Origin: an uncultured Nitrososphaerota archaeon
GTDB lineage: Archaea > Thermoproteota > Nitrososphaeria > Nitrososphaerales > Gagatemarchaeaceae
Length of the DNA stretch: 64,000 bases
Assembly (NCBI GenBank): GCA_963703285.1
Contig: OY969807.1
Coordinates: 864,001 to 928,000, forward strand
Direction of reading: 5' to 3'
In this document: positions 10,107 to 20,458 of the stretch, piece after piece
Position numbering within the stretch: position 1 is the stretch's first letter
How the letters are laid out: each line of letters starts with the position of its first letter
Notes under the pieces: model-generated
The model's database searches: none
Told to the model about the DNA's origin: nothing
What the model saw: only the letters and a program-made list of their open reading frames with translations
Program-made: the position numbers and the translations under genes

Positions 10107-10406
10107 ATGTCCGAAGATCTGGGGACCGCGGCGAAAGGAGCCATCTACGGGCTCGTCGAGGAGGAGACGGGAAGGAAGCTCGGGGAGCTCACCGTCGTGA
10201 CCGAGGTCGCAGAGGTCACGCCGGGAGTGATCAAGGTAAGGTTTACGCCCCTCTCGGCCTACAGCCCGACGGCCGTCGACCTGGGGAAGAGAATCAGGGA
10301 CGCCGCGGGGAAGGTGCAGGGGGTGACGAAGGTGGTGGTCGAATGCGACGGCCACATGCAGGACGACCTCGTCAACACGCTCGTGAATGGCCTCAAGGAA
10401 TCTTAG
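10107..10406 (+). CDS. DUF59/MIP18-SufT-like Fe-S assembly domain protein
   Basis: Small alpha/beta protein with FTPLSAYSP, where the usual CP is SP; family call by pattern. Confidence 0.6.
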   Translation: MSEDLGTAAKGAIYGLVEEETGRKLGELTVVTEVAEVTPGVIKVRFTPLSAYSPTAVDLGKRIRDAAGKVQGVTKVVVECDGHMQDDLVNTLVNGLKES

Positions 10407-10486
10407 TGAACATTCCTAAACCAATTGTGCAAGGTTTGGACTCCGAGGCTGATTAATCCGGAGGCCGTTGTAGAAAGGCTCGCAAG

Positions 10487-11503
10487 ATGTCAACCGATGG
10501 TTACGGTCAGGTTTTGGCTCTCGGCATAGGAAGCGCGGGAGCAAAGATTGTGTGCGCGCTAAGCAAGGAGACCACCCTTGTCGACAGGTTCGGTTATCTC
10601 TCCTGCGACCCCGCCGACCTGGATTCCGTGGAGGGCGGTCAGAAGATCCTCATCGACTGCCCAATCGACCAGAAGCTGACGCCTTCGATGGTGCGTGGCC
10701 TCTCGATTCCGTATCAGGACCAGATGCGCGCGATGGTGAGGGGAGCAAGGGTAGTGTTCATAGTGGCGGGCCTCGGGCGCGCCACCGGGAGCGGCCTGGC
10801 GCCCGTCGTGGCGGCGCTAGCGAGGGAGAGCGGTGCGGACACGGTGAGCATCGCGGTGATGCCGTTCGGGTTCGAGGAGAAGCTCAGGTTCTACGCGGGT
10901 CTGTCCCTCCGGAGGCTGAGGGGCGTCTCGAGGGGTGTCGTGGTCGTCGACAACGATGCGCTCCTGAAGAGCACCTCCGACGCAACACTGAAGGAGATCT
11001 ATGAGCTCGCCAACGCCGAGGCGGTCACCGCTCTGGGGTCGCTGCTCTCAAGCCGGAACGAGGACTCCATCCCGGTGGGGCTCAACAAGATCCTCGGGAC
11101 GGTCTTCCAGGACGGCTACTCCTTCCTCGGCTCGGCGACGTCCGGGTCGATCGACAAGACGGAGGAGGCCCTCTCGAGGGCCATCATCGGGATAAGCAAG
11201 AGGGCCGAGGCCAGCGAGGCGAACCACGCAGTGGTGGTCCTCACGGGAGACGCCAACCTCAAGGCGAGCGAGACGGCGATGGCGGTCAAGCGGTTGGGGT
11301 CCATGTTCGGCAACGACTCCATAGACGTGGAGTACAGCGTGAACTACGGCGGCGGGTCGCAGCTTCAGGTGAGCGTGCTCGCCTCGGGGTTCAAGGGAAC
11401 CAGGTACGATGAGTACGATCCGCTGGCGTCGCTGACGGCCATCGACGACAGCATGGACTACTCGCTCCCCTCGGGACTCGAGGGGCTGGCAACCTGCGAG
11501 TGA
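10487..11503 (+). CDS. Divergent FtsZ/tubulin family protein
   Basis: ALGIGSAG, AGLGRATGSG (tubulin signature variant), VMPFGFE, VVDND, VSVLASG. Confidence 0.85.
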   Translation: MSTDGYGQVLALGIGSAGAKIVCALSKETTLVDRFGYLSCDPADLDSVEGGQKILIDCPIDQKLTPSMVRGLSIPYQDQMRAMVRGARVVFIVAGLGRATGSGLAPVVAALARESGADTVSIAVMPFGFEEKLRFYAGLSLRRLRGVSRGVVVVDNDALLKSTSDATLKEIYELANAEAVTALGSLLSSRNEDSIPVGLNKILGTVFQDGYSFLGSATSGSIDKTEEALSRAIIGISKRAEASEANHAVVVLTGDANLKASETAMAVKRLGSMFGNDSIDVEYSVNYGGGSQLQVSVLASGFKGTRYDEYDPLASLTAIDDSMDYSLPSGLEGLATCE

Positions 11504-11515
11504 GCCGTATCGCCG

Positions 11516-13213
11516 CTACCTGAAGTAGTCCTTCGCATCCGTACTGCGCGTAACTACCGACCTGATCCTCTCGATCTCGGGCTTCTCGAGCTTCCGGAAG
11601 AGGATCTCCGGCTTCTCTATCTGGACGCGGGGGAGGGGCGAGCGGATGGAATCCCAGGTGGGGGTCCCCGGGATCTTCAGGAAGGCGAGGATTCTCTGCG
11701 ACGCGGAGGGGAGGTAGGGGTTCAGGACGACGGCGAGGGTCCTGCAGACGCTCACGCAGGAGTAGATCACGCGCTTGCACCTTTCGGGGTCCTGCTTGAT
11801 CAGCACCCACGGCTGGGTGCGCTGGAAGTACTCGTTCCCGAGGGTCGATATCTGGAGGATGCTCTTCATGGCGTCGCGTAGCCTGACCTCCCGCAGCGCC
11901 TCGTCCGCCTTCTCGACCTCTGCGAGGACCTCCCGCTGGAGCTCGGTCTCCTCGTCCCCGAGGTCCGTTGGCTCGATGGTCCCGCCGAGGAAGTTCGCGG
12001 CGAAGGTGAGCGTCCTGTGGACGAAGTTCCCGATGTTGGCGACGAGTTCGTTGTTGACCCTGCTCTCGAACTCGTCCCACTTGAATTCTGTGTCCTTCGT
12101 CTCAGGGATGAGGTAGGTTAGGTAGTACCGCCAGATGTCGGGATCGAGTCCCGACTCGATGACCTTCTCGCAGAATATCCCCCAGTTCCTGGACTTTGAG
12201 ATCTTGTCGCCTTCGTAGTTGCAGTACTGGAGCCCGACGACGTCGTAGGGCAGGTTCAAGCCCCCGTGGGCCATCAGCATCCCCGGCCAGAAGATGGTGT
12301 GGAAGGGGATGTTGTCCTTCCCGAGGAAGTTGTAGACCTGCGTGTCCGGGTCGAGCCAGTAGGGCTTCCAGCCCTCTGAATCTCCAGACCTCTCCGCCCA
12401 CTCCTTCGTCGACGAGATGTAGCCGATCGGGGCGTCGAACCAGACGTAGAAGATCTTGTCCCTGTAGCCGTCGAGCGGGACGGGGACCCCCCACTTCAGG
12501 TCCCTCGTGATGGACCGCTTCCTGAGCCCCTCCTTGATCCACGCCAGAGCGAGCGAGGTGACCTGCCTCCTCCAGTACTCCTTGGAGGCGATCCAGCTCT
12601 CGAGGCCGCCCTCCAGCTTCTCCAGCTCGAGGAAGAGGTTCTCGCTGTCCCTGAAGACCGGCGTGCTCCCGTCGATCTTGCACCTGGGGTTGATGAGCTG
12701 GTTAGGTTCCAGGAGCGTCGCGCAGTTCTCGCACTGATCGCCGCGGGCGAACTCGTATCCGCAGACGGGGCAGGTCCCCACGACGTACCTGTCCGCGAGG
12801 AAGAGCTTGTCGTTCTCGCAGTAGGGGAGCCTCATCGTCCCGGACGTGATGAACCCCTTCTCGTAGATCTTCAGGAAGAAGTCCTGGGTCGTCCTGTGGT
12901 GGACCGGGAGGGAGGTCCTCGAGAAGTTGTCGTAGGATATCTCGAACCAGTCGTAGATGCGCTTGTGGACCGCGTAGAAGACGTCGGTGAGCCTCCTGGT
13001 CGAGACCTTCAGCTCCAGGGCCGCCACCTCCGTCGGGGTCCCGTTCTCGTCGGCGCCGCCTATAAGCAGGGTCTCGTAGTCCTTCAACCTGCAGTACCTT
13101 GCGAAGATGTCCGCCGGGAGGTGCGAACCGACTATGTTTCCGACGTGGGGCACCGCGTTGGTGTACGGCAGGGCGCAGAGGACAAGGACGCGCCTCCGCT
13201 TCTCGTCAGGCAA
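11516..13213 (-). CDS. metG: Methionine--tRNA ligase
   Basis: ALPYTNAVPHVGN (HIGH), zinc knuckle, YVWFDAPIGY, KISKS. Confidence 0.97.
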   Translation of the reverse strand: MPDEKRRRVLVLCALPYTNAVPHVGNIVGSHLPADIFARYCRLKDYETLLIGGADENGTPTEVAALELKVSTRRLTDVFYAVHKRIYDWFEISYDNFSRTSLPVHHRTTQDFFLKIYEKGFITSGTMRLPYCENDKLFLADRYVVGTCPVCGYEFARGDQCENCATLLEPNQLINPRCKIDGSTPVFRDSENLFLELEKLEGGLESWIASKEYWRRQVTSLALAWIKEGLRKRSITRDLKWGVPVPLDGYRDKIFYVWFDAPIGYISSTKEWAERSGDSEGWKPYWLDPDTQVYNFLGKDNIPFHTIFWPGMLMAHGGLNLPYDVVGLQYCNYEGDKISKSRNWGIFCEKVIESGLDPDIWRYYLTYLIPETKDTEFKWDEFESRVNNELVANIGNFVHRTLTFAANFLGGTIEPTDLGDEETELQREVLAEVEKADEALREVRLRDAMKSILQISTLGNEYFQRTQPWVLIKQDPERCKRVIYSCVSVCRTLAVVLNPYLPSASQRILAFLKIPGTPTWDSIRSPLPRVQIEKPEILFRKLEKPEIERIRSVVTRSTDAKDYFR

Positions 13214-13228
13214 TCGTTATCCTCCGGC

Positions 13229-14491
13229 CTATATCTTCCAGCTCTCCGCATACTTGAGCTGCGCCCTCGTCTGCTTGTCAATCGTGATTCCGAGAGACTC
13301 TAGGGTCGCGGCGGCCACCTGCGCCTCGATCTCCGGAGGGACGTCCAGTACCCTGCTGGGAAGGCTCGAGTGGTTCTTCAGGACGTAGAGCGCGGACATG
13401 AACTGGTTGGCGAAGGACATCTGCATCACCTCAGGGGGGTGGCCTTCGGCCGCGACCAGGTTTACGATTCTGCCCTTGGCGAGGAGGTAGACCTTCCTTC
13501 CGCTGGGCAGGACCACTTCGTCAACGTTCGGCCTCACCTCCCGCACCGACTTGGCCATGCTCAGGAGCGTCTTCACGTCTATCTCCACGTCGAAGTGGCC
13601 GGCGTTGCAGAGTATCGCGCCTTCGTTCATGAGTTCGATCGAGGAGTACGGGATGACGTCCTTCATCCCCGTGCACGTCACGAAGATCTCGCCTCGTGCG
13701 GCGGCCTCGTGTATGGGAAGCACTTCGAAGCCGTCGAGGTGGGCCTCGAGCGCCTTTATGGGGTCCGTCTCGACGACGATGACCCGCCCGCCGAGTCCCG
13801 CCGCCCTCCTCGCGACGCCCTTGCCGACCCAGCCGTAGCCGACCACGACGATCTTCTTTCCCGCTATGAGCAGCGCCGTCGCCCTGAGTATCCCGTCGAA
13901 GGTGCTCTGCCCCGTCCCGTAGCGGTTGTCGAAGAGGTGCTTTGTCTTGGCGTTGTTGATGGCAATGATGGGATAGCCCAGCTTGCCCTCCTTCTCGAGC
14001 GCCATGATCCTCACAACGCCCGTGGTAGTCTCCTCGCATCCACCGAGGGCACCGTCGAACCCGGCGTTCATCGCCGCGACGTGGAGGTCTGCGCCGTCGT
14101 CGATCAGGATCTCTGGTTTCTTCGAGAGGACCTGCTTTATGCACCACTCGTACTCCTTGGCGGTCTCTCCCTTCCAGGCCCAGACCTCGGCCTCCCGCGA
14201 GAGGTAGGCGGCGATGTCATCCTGGGTGGAGAGAGGGTTGGCGGCCGCGAGTTTGACGTCGGCACCGGCCCTCACCAGCGCGTCAATCAGCACGGACGTC
14301 TCCTTCGTTACGTGGAGGCAGACGCCCAGGGTGATGCCCTGCAGCGGTCTTCCCCTGCCGTACTTTCCGGAGAGGGTCTCGAGAGCGACCATGTGGTCCC
14401 TCGCCCAGAGGAAGTTCTTCTCCCCCGCCTGGGCGAGTCTAGGGTCGGCGATTTTTCCCATTGCGATTCGGGCCTCCGGAGCGTCGACCAC
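13229..14491 (-). CDS. ahcY: Adenosylhomocysteinase
   Basis: NPLSTQD, EETTTG, KHLFDNRYGTGQS, GHPPEVM. Confidence 0.97.
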   Translation of the reverse strand: MVDAPEARIAMGKIADPRLAQAGEKNFLWARDHMVALETLSGKYGRGRPLQGITLGVCLHVTKETSVLIDALVRAGADVKLAAANPLSTQDDIAAYLSREAEVWAWKGETAKEYEWCIKQVLSKKPEILIDDGADLHVAAMNAGFDGALGGCEETTTGVVRIMALEKEGKLGYPIIAINNAKTKHLFDNRYGTGQSTFDGILRATALLIAGKKIVVVGYGWVGKGVARRAAGLGGRVIVVETDPIKALEAHLDGFEVLPIHEAAARGEIFVTCTGMKDVIPYSSIELMNEGAILCNAGHFDVEIDVKTLLSMAKSVREVRPNVDEVVLPSGRKVYLLAKGRIVNLVAAEGHPPEVMQMSFANQFMSALYVLKNHSSLPSRVLDVPPEIEAQVAAATLESLGITIDKQTRAQLKYAESWKI

Positions 14492-14493
14492 TA

Positions 14494-15243
14494 TTAAAAG
14501 CGATTAGACGCTACAGCACGCTCGATTATCCTCTCGACTCTCGGGGCGGCGAGCGCCATCAGGGCGACGACCTCTTCGTGGGATACCCTCTCCTGCATCC
14601 CGGCGGCCCAGTTGGTCGCGATGACGATGGACGCGTATCGGATCCCGAGCTCGTTGGCGAGTATCGCTTCTGGCGCTCCGGTCATGCCGACGACGTCTGC
14701 TCCAAGAAGGCCGAACATCCGTATCTCGGCTGCCGTCTCGTAGCGCGGACCGTCGACGGACGCGTAGACGAGGCCGGTCGTGAGCCGCTCCCCCACCTTG
14801 TCGGCTGCGGAGAGGATGGCGCGCTGCAGGCCGCCGTCGTAGGGGTTGGTCATGTCGACGTGCACCGGCCGCTCTTCGAAGAAGGTGACGTGGCGTTTCG
14901 AGAGGTCGATGAACTGGTCCAGCAGCCCCATCTCCCCAAGGATCAGCCTCCCGCTGATCGAGCCCACCGCTGAGGTGGCGATGATGGCGCCGACGCCGAG
15001 CGCCTTCAGAGCCTGGAGGTTGGCCTTGAAGTTGACGAGGTGAGGCGGGACGGAGTGGTCGGTGCCGTGCCGTGGCATGAAGAAGAACGTGCGGCCCTTC
15101 GTCGCGATTCCGTAGACGGTCGCCGAACCGTACGGTGTCGCGATGTCAGACTTCTCCTCGAGCGGAAAGAGGCGCTCCATGCCGCTGCCGGCGATGACTG
15201 CGATGGGAGCCTCTGGGCGCGCTCGAGCGCGACCGCCCTTCAG
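14494..15243 (-). CDS. MTAP/purine nucleoside phosphorylase family paralogue (MTI phosphorylase-like)
   Basis: PRHG, GPRYET, VGMT, TNWAAG. The conserved IAVIAGSG lies upstream of the annotated ATG; the only in-frame start candidate is CTG at 15243. Confidence 0.85.
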   Translation of the reverse strand: MKGGRARARPEAPIAVIAGSGMERLFPLEEKSDIATPYGSATVYGIATKGRTFFFMPRHGTDHSVPPHLVNFKANLQALKALGVGAIIATSAVGSISGRLILGEMGLLDQFIDLSKRHVTFFEERPVHVDMTNPYDGGLQRAILSAADKVGERLTTGLVYASVDGPRYETAAEIRMFGLLGADVVGMTGAPEAILANELGIRYASIVIATNWAAGMQERVSHEEVVALMALAAPRVERIIERAVASNRF

Positions 15244-15246
15244 GGT

Positions 15247-15792
15247 TCACTCAGCCTCGGAGGCGTACCGTACCAGCGAGAATACCTCGTGGCCGGCCAG
15301 CTTCTCCCGCCCATGAAGGAACTCGAGCTCGACGACGAAGGCGAGCCCCACGACCTTTCCGCCCAGCCTCTCGACCATCTTGGAGACGGCCAGCGCAGTC
15401 CCGGCGGTCGCCATCAGGTCGTCCACGATCAGGACCCGTTCCCCCGGGCTCACCGAGTCCTTGTGCATCTCCAGGCCGTCGGTTCGGTATTCGAGCAGGT
15501 ACTCCTCCGAGACCGTCTCCCCGGGCAGCTTGCCCAGCTTCCGCGCTGGTATGAAGCCGACCCCGAACCGCTCGGCCAAGAGCGCCCCGAAGACGAAGCC
15601 CCGGGCCTCGATTCCGAGGACCTTGTCGACCTGCCTGTCCTTGAAGTGGGCGTAGATGGCGTCGACGGACAATCTCAGGAGGACCGGGTCCTTCCACAGC
15701 GTCGTGATGTCGCGGAAGATTATGCCCTTGGTGGGGAAGTCCGGAATCCTCCGGATGGAGCTCTTCATCCTGCTCTCGAGGGCCTCGTCCAT
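15247..15792 (-). CDS. apt: Adenine phosphoribosyltransferase
   Basis: IPDFPTKGIIFRDIT, GIEARGF, IVDDLMATAGT; ATG 15792 overlaps the mtnP stop (TGATG). Confidence 0.95.
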   Translation of the reverse strand: MDEALESRMKSSIRRIPDFPTKGIIFRDITTLWKDPVLLRLSVDAIYAHFKDRQVDKVLGIEARGFVFGALLAERFGVGFIPARKLGKLPGETVSEEYLLEYRTDGLEMHKDSVSPGERVLIVDDLMATAGTALAVSKMVERLGGKVVGLAFVVELEFLHGREKLAGHEVFSLVRYASEAE

Positions 15793-16595
15793 CAGGCGCT
15801 CAGCCTCGCGTGCTCCAGCGACGACCCGCATCCGCACGAGCGCTTCTCGGGGATGCGGGGTATCATCTCCATTATGAGGCTCCTGAGGCTCTCCAGGTTC
15901 TGATTGAAGATCTTGATGACGTCCTCGTGGGAGACGGGCCTGACGCTCGGGTCGCCCTCCAGGCCCGAGTCGTAGTCCGTGACGAGGGAGATGTTGACGT
16001 AGCACATCTCGAGTTCCCTGGCGAGGACCACCTCCGGGTACTGCGTCATGTTGATGACGTCCCACCCCTGCTTCCTGAAGAACCGGCTCTCGGACCTGGT
16101 GGAGAAGCGAGGTCCCTGTATCACGACGACCGTCCCTCTGGGGTGGAAGGCAATCCCGAGCTTCTCGGCGGCCTCTATGGCTATGCTCCTGAGCTCCGGA
16201 CAGTAGGGGTCCGCCGCGCTGATGTGCGTCGTCTCGGGTCCGTCGTAGTAGGTGTCCCTCCTGCCAGTCGTGAAGTTCACGAACTGGTCGCAGATCACGA
16301 ACTCCCCCGGCTTCTTCTCGGGGTCGAGGCCCCCCACCGCGCAGGGGCCGATCACCCGCTCCACGCCCACCTGCTTGAAAGCCGCGAGGTTGGCCCTGTA
16401 GGGGACCATGTGGGGCGGGTACTGGTGGTTTTCACCGTGCCTCGGGATGAACGCGATACCCCGTGACCCGATCGTCGAGAACTTCAGGGAGGAGCTAGGA
16501 TTCCCGTAGGGTGTCTCCACCTCGATTTCCTCGTAATCCTTGAGGAATTTGTAGAATCCGGACCCTCCGAAGACACCCAGACTCGCCCGTCTCAC
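15792..16595 (-). CDS. mtnP: S-methyl-5'-thioadenosine phosphorylase
   Basis: GVFGGSG, PRHG, GPRFST, INMT, VTDYD, C-terminal CGC. Confidence 0.92.
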   Translation of the reverse strand: MRRASLGVFGGSGFYKFLKDYEEIEVETPYGNPSSSLKFSTIGSRGIAFIPRHGENHQYPPHMVPYRANLAAFKQVGVERVIGPCAVGGLDPEKKPGEFVICDQFVNFTTGRRDTYYDGPETTHISAADPYCPELRSIAIEAAEKLGIAFHPRGTVVVIQGPRFSTRSESRFFRKQGWDVINMTQYPEVVLARELEMCYVNISLVTDYDSGLEGDPSVRPVSHEDVIKIFNQNLESLRSLIMEMIPRIPEKRSCGCGSSLEHARLSA

Positions 16596-16750
16596 AATCG
16601 GGCCTCCGAGAGCCAGTGCTTAAAATCTTTGAATGCCCGAGGCGGTCAGAGAAACCGAGCAATCCTACAGCAGAAGCCCCGAAGTCACCTCTCAGTCCAA
16701 CGGGGATGTAACAGAACTTTGAAATAGTCGCAGGGGAGGCGAAAAAACGG

Positions 16751-17167
16751 ATGAGCAGACAGTACGACGAGCTCCTTTCACGGGCGCAGGCCGGCTTGGA
16801 GAAGATCTCGACGAAGTCTTCGTTGAACAGGCTGGAACTCCCCGAGCCGCAGGTGATATGGGTGGGCAAGAAGACCATCCTAAGGAACTACTCGGAGTTC
16901 CCGAAGCTCTTCAGGAGGGACCCCGACAGGGTCCTGATGTACCTCGCGAAGGAGCTTGCGACCGCGGCGTCCATCGACGGGGAGAGGGCGATTTTCATCG
17001 GAAGGAAGGACAAGCAATCGTTCATGCAGCTCTTCCAGAAGTACATGTCCGACAACGTCACTTGCCCCGTCTGCGGCAGCCCGGACACCCGAATCGAGAC
17101 GGTCAGCAGGCTCCACTTCCGCGTCTGCGAGGCCTGCGGCGCAAGGTCTTCAGCCAAGGTAAACTAA
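16751..17167 (+). CDS. eif2b: Translation initiation factor aIF-2 beta subunit
   Basis: KTILRN, LAKELAT, CPVCGSPDT...CEACGA zinc finger. Confidence 0.93.
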   Translation: MSRQYDELLSRAQAGLEKISTKSSLNRLELPEPQVIWVGKKTILRNYSEFPKLFRRDPDRVLMYLAKELATAASIDGERAIFIGRKDKQSFMQLFQKYMSDNVTCPVCGSPDTRIETVSRLHFRVCEACGARSSAKVN

Positions 17168-17168
17168 G

Positions 17169-17480
17169 ATGTCTGAGGGGGGCCTCTCGGTCAGGAGCAT
17201 AAGCTGGAAGGACACGACCCTGATCAACATCTGCGACGTCGACCTGATCGGGAAGACGCTGAGCGAGGGGAAGCTACAGATGCACATCTCCCGGGACTAC
17301 TTCGGCGGGCAGGTCGTCGACAGCGAGGAGGCGCTCCAGATGATGAAGCAGTCGTCGATAATCAGCCTGGCGGGCCAGAGGGCGGTGGAGATCGCGCTGG
17401 CCAACAAGCTCGGCGCGGAGCAGGCCGTGAGGCGCATAGCAGGCGTCCCCTTCCTTATGATCTACAAGTTCTCTTACTGA
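17169..17480 (+). CDS. DUF424 family protein
   Basis: [10 protein letters not shown]...YFGG pattern; usual neighbour of aIF-2beta. Confidence 0.85.
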   Translation: MSEGGLSVRSISWKDTTLINICDVDLIGKTLSEGKLQMHISRDYFGGQVVDSEEALQMMKQSSIISLAGQRAVEIALANKLGAEQAVRRIAGVPFLMIYKFSY

Positions 17481-18568
17481 AGCTTGCCTTCCTGCTGGAC
17501 CTTCCGCAAGAGGTCCTTCTGCTTCCCGTTCAGGCTCTTGGGGACGAAGACGTCGGCGACCACGTACTCGTCGCCTGACCCGCGCTGCCCCAGCTTCGGC
17601 ATGCCCTTGCCCTTGATCCGGAAGGTCGCGCCTGGCTGGGTGCCTGAGGGCACCTCAAGATTGACGTCGCCGTAGAGGGTCGGCACCCGGACGCTCGTCC
17701 CGAGCATCGCGTCGACGGCGCTCAAGCGGGTACGTGTGTAGAGGTCGGCATCCCTCCTCTTGTAGACCGGGTGCTCCGGTATCTGGATCACGACGTAGAG
17801 GTCGCCGGGAGGCGTCCCCCTCGGGCCCGCTTCCCCCTCACCCCTGAGGCGGAGCGTGTGCCCGTCCTCCACCCCTGCGGGTATCTCGATGCGGAGCTTC
17901 CTCGTCCGGTTCACGATGCCCTTCCCCCTGCACTCCTTGCACGGGGAGTCGATTATCGACCCCCTTCCGCCGCACTTCCCGCAGGTCTCGAGGCGGATGA
18001 AGCGGGCGAAGCCCGCGTTCTGGGTCCGCTGAACCTGCCCGGATCCGCCGCACTGGGGGCAGGTTCGAGGCGAGGTCCCGGGGGAGGCCCCGCTCCCGCC
18101 GCAGACGGGACACACCTCGCTCCTGGGTATCTCGACCTCCCGGTAGGAATCCTTGACGGCGTCCTCGAGGCGCATCTGGACGCGGAGCGAGAGGTCGTTG
18201 CCCTTCCGTGGAGCTCGCCTGCCTCCGCCGCCGAAGAACTGACTGAAGATGTCGTCGAAACCGCCGAAGCCCGTTCCCCTGAACACGTCCGAGAAGTCGG
18301 TTCCCCTGAAGATGTCCTCCTCTGAGCCATACCGCTGGTAGACGCCCTCCTTGCCGTAGGCGTCGTACTGCTTCCGCTTGTCGTCGTCCGAGAGGACCGC
18401 GTAGGCCTCGGATATCTGCTTGAACCTCTCCTCGGCGCCCGGGTCCTTGTTCCTGTCCGGGTGGTACTGCAGGGCGAGCTTCCTGTAGGCGGCCTTGATC
18501 TCGTCCTTTGAGGAGCTCCTCTGGACCCCTAGGATCTGATAGAAATCCTGGGAGGAGGAGCTACTCAT
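17474..18568 (-). CDS. dnaJ: Chaperone DnaJ
   Basis: J domain HPD, four CxxCxGxG repeats. Confidence 0.97.
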   Translation of the reverse strand: MSSSSSQDFYQILGVQRSSSKDEIKAAYRKLALQYHPDRNKDPGAEERFKQISEAYAVLSDDDKRKQYDAYGKEGVYQRYGSEEDIFRGTDFSDVFRGTGFGGFDDIFSQFFGGGGRRAPRKGNDLSLRVQMRLEDAVKDSYREVEIPRSEVCPVCGGSGASPGTSPRTCPQCGGSGQVQRTQNAGFARFIRLETCGKCGGRGSIIDSPCKECRGKGIVNRTRKLRIEIPAGVEDGHTLRLRGEGEAGPRGTPPGDLYVVIQIPEHPVYKRRDADLYTRTRLSAVDAMLGTSVRVPTLYGDVNLEVPSGTQPGATFRIKGKGMPKLGQRGSGDEYVVADVFVPKSLNGKQKDLLRKVQQEGKLQ

Positions 18569-18580
18569 GCAGTCCGGCGC

Positions 18581-20458
18581 CTATTTCTTCTCTTCGTCGA
18601 CTACCTTGTACTGGGCGTCGGTGACGTTACCGTCGCCCGGTGGGCCCCCGGCCCCGCCGGAGGGCGCCCCTCCCTGTTGCGAGCCCTGGGACTGCTGTGA
18701 GGCCTGCTCGTAGACGGACGTGCCCACGTCCTGAAGGATCTTCCTCAGAGCCTCGGACTTGGACTTTATCTCGGCGGTGTCCTTGGTGTCGATGGCCTTC
18801 CTGAGGTCCCTGGCGGCCGAGTCTATCTTTCCGACGTCGTCCTGGCTGATCTTGCCTGCGAGGTCCGTCTTGGTCTTCTCGGTGGTGTAGAGTAGGGAGT
18901 CGGCTTCGTTGAGAAGCTGGGCCTCCTCCATCTTCTTCTTGTCCTGGTCGGCGTACTGCTCGGCGTCCTTGACCATCTTCTCCTTGGCTTCCTTGGAGAG
19001 CTTGGACGAGGCCGTGATCGTTATCTTCGCCTCCTTCCCGGTTCCCAGGTCCTTTGCGGAGACGTTCAGGATCCCGCTCGCGTCGATCTCGAAGGTCACC
19101 TCGACCTGGGGAACGCCCCTCGGCGCGGGGGGAATGCCCCCTAGGTTGAACATGCCGAGCGAGATGTTGTCGGACGCCATCGCGCGCTCGCCCTGGAGCA
19201 CGTGGATGGTGACCGCGGTCTGGAAGTCCGCCGCGGTGGAGAAGACCTGCGTCCTCTTGGTGGGGATGGTCGTGTTCTTCTCGACCACCTTTGTCATTAT
19301 CCCGCCCAGGGTCTCCACGCCCAGCGACAGTGGCGTCACGTCGAGCAGGAGGATGTCCTTCACCTCGCCGGCGAGGACCCCACCCTGGATCGCCGCGCCT
19401 ATGGCTACCGCCTCCATCGGGTCTACCCCCCTCTCGGCGGTCTTGCCCATCACGTCCTCGACCGTCTTCCTCACGAGGGGCATCCTTGTCATTCCGCCGA
19501 TGAGGATCACCTTCTGGATGTCCTTGATCTCGAGCTTCGCGTCCTGGACGACCCTCTTGATGGGCGACTCTATCTTCTCGACGATGGGGCGGGCGAGCTC
19601 CTCCAGCTTGGCCCGCGTGAGGGTGTAGTGCAGGTTCTTCGCGCCAGTCGAATCGCTGGCGATGAACGGGAGGTCGATGTCCGTCGTTATGACGTTGGAG
19701 AGCTCGATCTTGGCCCTCTCCGCGGCCTCCTTGAGCCGCGCCATCGCCGTGCTGTCCTTCCTCAGGTCGATGCCCATCTTCGCCTTGAAGTCGTCGACGA
19801 GGAGGTTCACTATGGCGTAGTCGATGTCCGCCCCTCCGGTCTGGGTATCGCCGCTGGTCGCCAGGACCTGGAAGACACCCCCGCCGAACTCCATCACGGT
19901 GACGTCGTGGGTACCGCCCCCGAAGCTGAAGACGAGCACCTTCATCTCCTTCTCCGCCTTGTCGAGGCCGAAGGCGAGGCACGCGGCGGTGGGCTCGTTG
20001 ATTATCCGGACCACCTCGAGACCCGCTATCTCGCCGGCGTCCTTCGTCGCCTGCCTCTGGTTGTCGTTGAAGTGCGCTGGGACGGTGATGACCGCCTTCT
20101 TCACCGGGTAGCCGAGGAACGTCTCGGAGTCCTTCTTGATCTTCTGGAGTATGAAGGAGCTTATTTGCTGCGGGTTGAAGACCTTCCCCTGCAGCCGGAT
20201 GGTGTAGTCCGTTCCCATCTTTCGCTTGATCTCGAAGACGGTGTTCTCAGGGTTGGCGACGACCTGCCTCTTTGCGGGCTCGCCCACAAGCAGGGTGCCG
20301 TCCGAGGTGAAAGCGACGACCGATGGGAACATCTTCCCCGCGGCCGTCGGTCCTTCGGCGCTCGGTATCACCACCGGGCGTCCTGCTTCCAAGACCGCGG
20401 CGGCCGAGTTGGTCGTCCCGAGGTCTATTCCTATTATCTTCTCTCGCGGTGTGCTCAT
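18581..20458 (-). CDS. dnaK: Chaperone DnaK (Hsp70)
   Basis: [27 protein letters not shown]. Confidence 0.98.
   Translation of the reverse strand: MSTPREKIIGIDLGTTNSAAAVLEAGRPVVIPSAEGPTAAGKMFPSVVAFTSDGTLLVGEPAKRQVVANPENTVFEIKRKMGTDYTIRLQGKVFNPQQISSFILQKIKKDSETFLGYPVKKAVITVPAHFNDNQRQATKDAGEIAGLEVVRIINEPTAACLAFGLDKAEKEMKVLVFSFGGGTHDVTVMEFGGGVFQVLATSGDTQTGGADIDYAIVNLLVDDFKAKMGIDLRKDSTAMARLKEAAERAKIELSNVITTDIDLPFIASDSTGAKNLHYTLTRAKLEELARPIVEKIESPIKRVVQDAKLEIKDIQKVILIGGMTRMPLVRKTVEDVMGKTAERGVDPMEAVAIGAAIQGGVLAGEVKDILLLDVTPLSLGVETLGGIMTKVVEKNTTIPTKRTQVFSTAADFQTAVTIHVLQGERAMASDNISLGMFNLGGIPPAPRGVPQVEVTFEIDASGILNVSAKDLGTGKEAKITITASSKLSKEAKEKMVKDAEQYADQDKKKMEEAQLLNEADSLLYTTEKTKTDLAGKISQDDVGKIDSAARDLRKAIDTKDTAEIKSKSEALRKILQDVGTSVYEQASQQSQGSQQGGAPSGGAGGPPGDGNVTDAQYKVVDEEKK

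Noticed and set aside
15247-16065. 272-aa Apt with N-terminal extension
   Set aside because: The extension overlaps mtnP in another frame; ATG 15792 gives a normal-length Apt.
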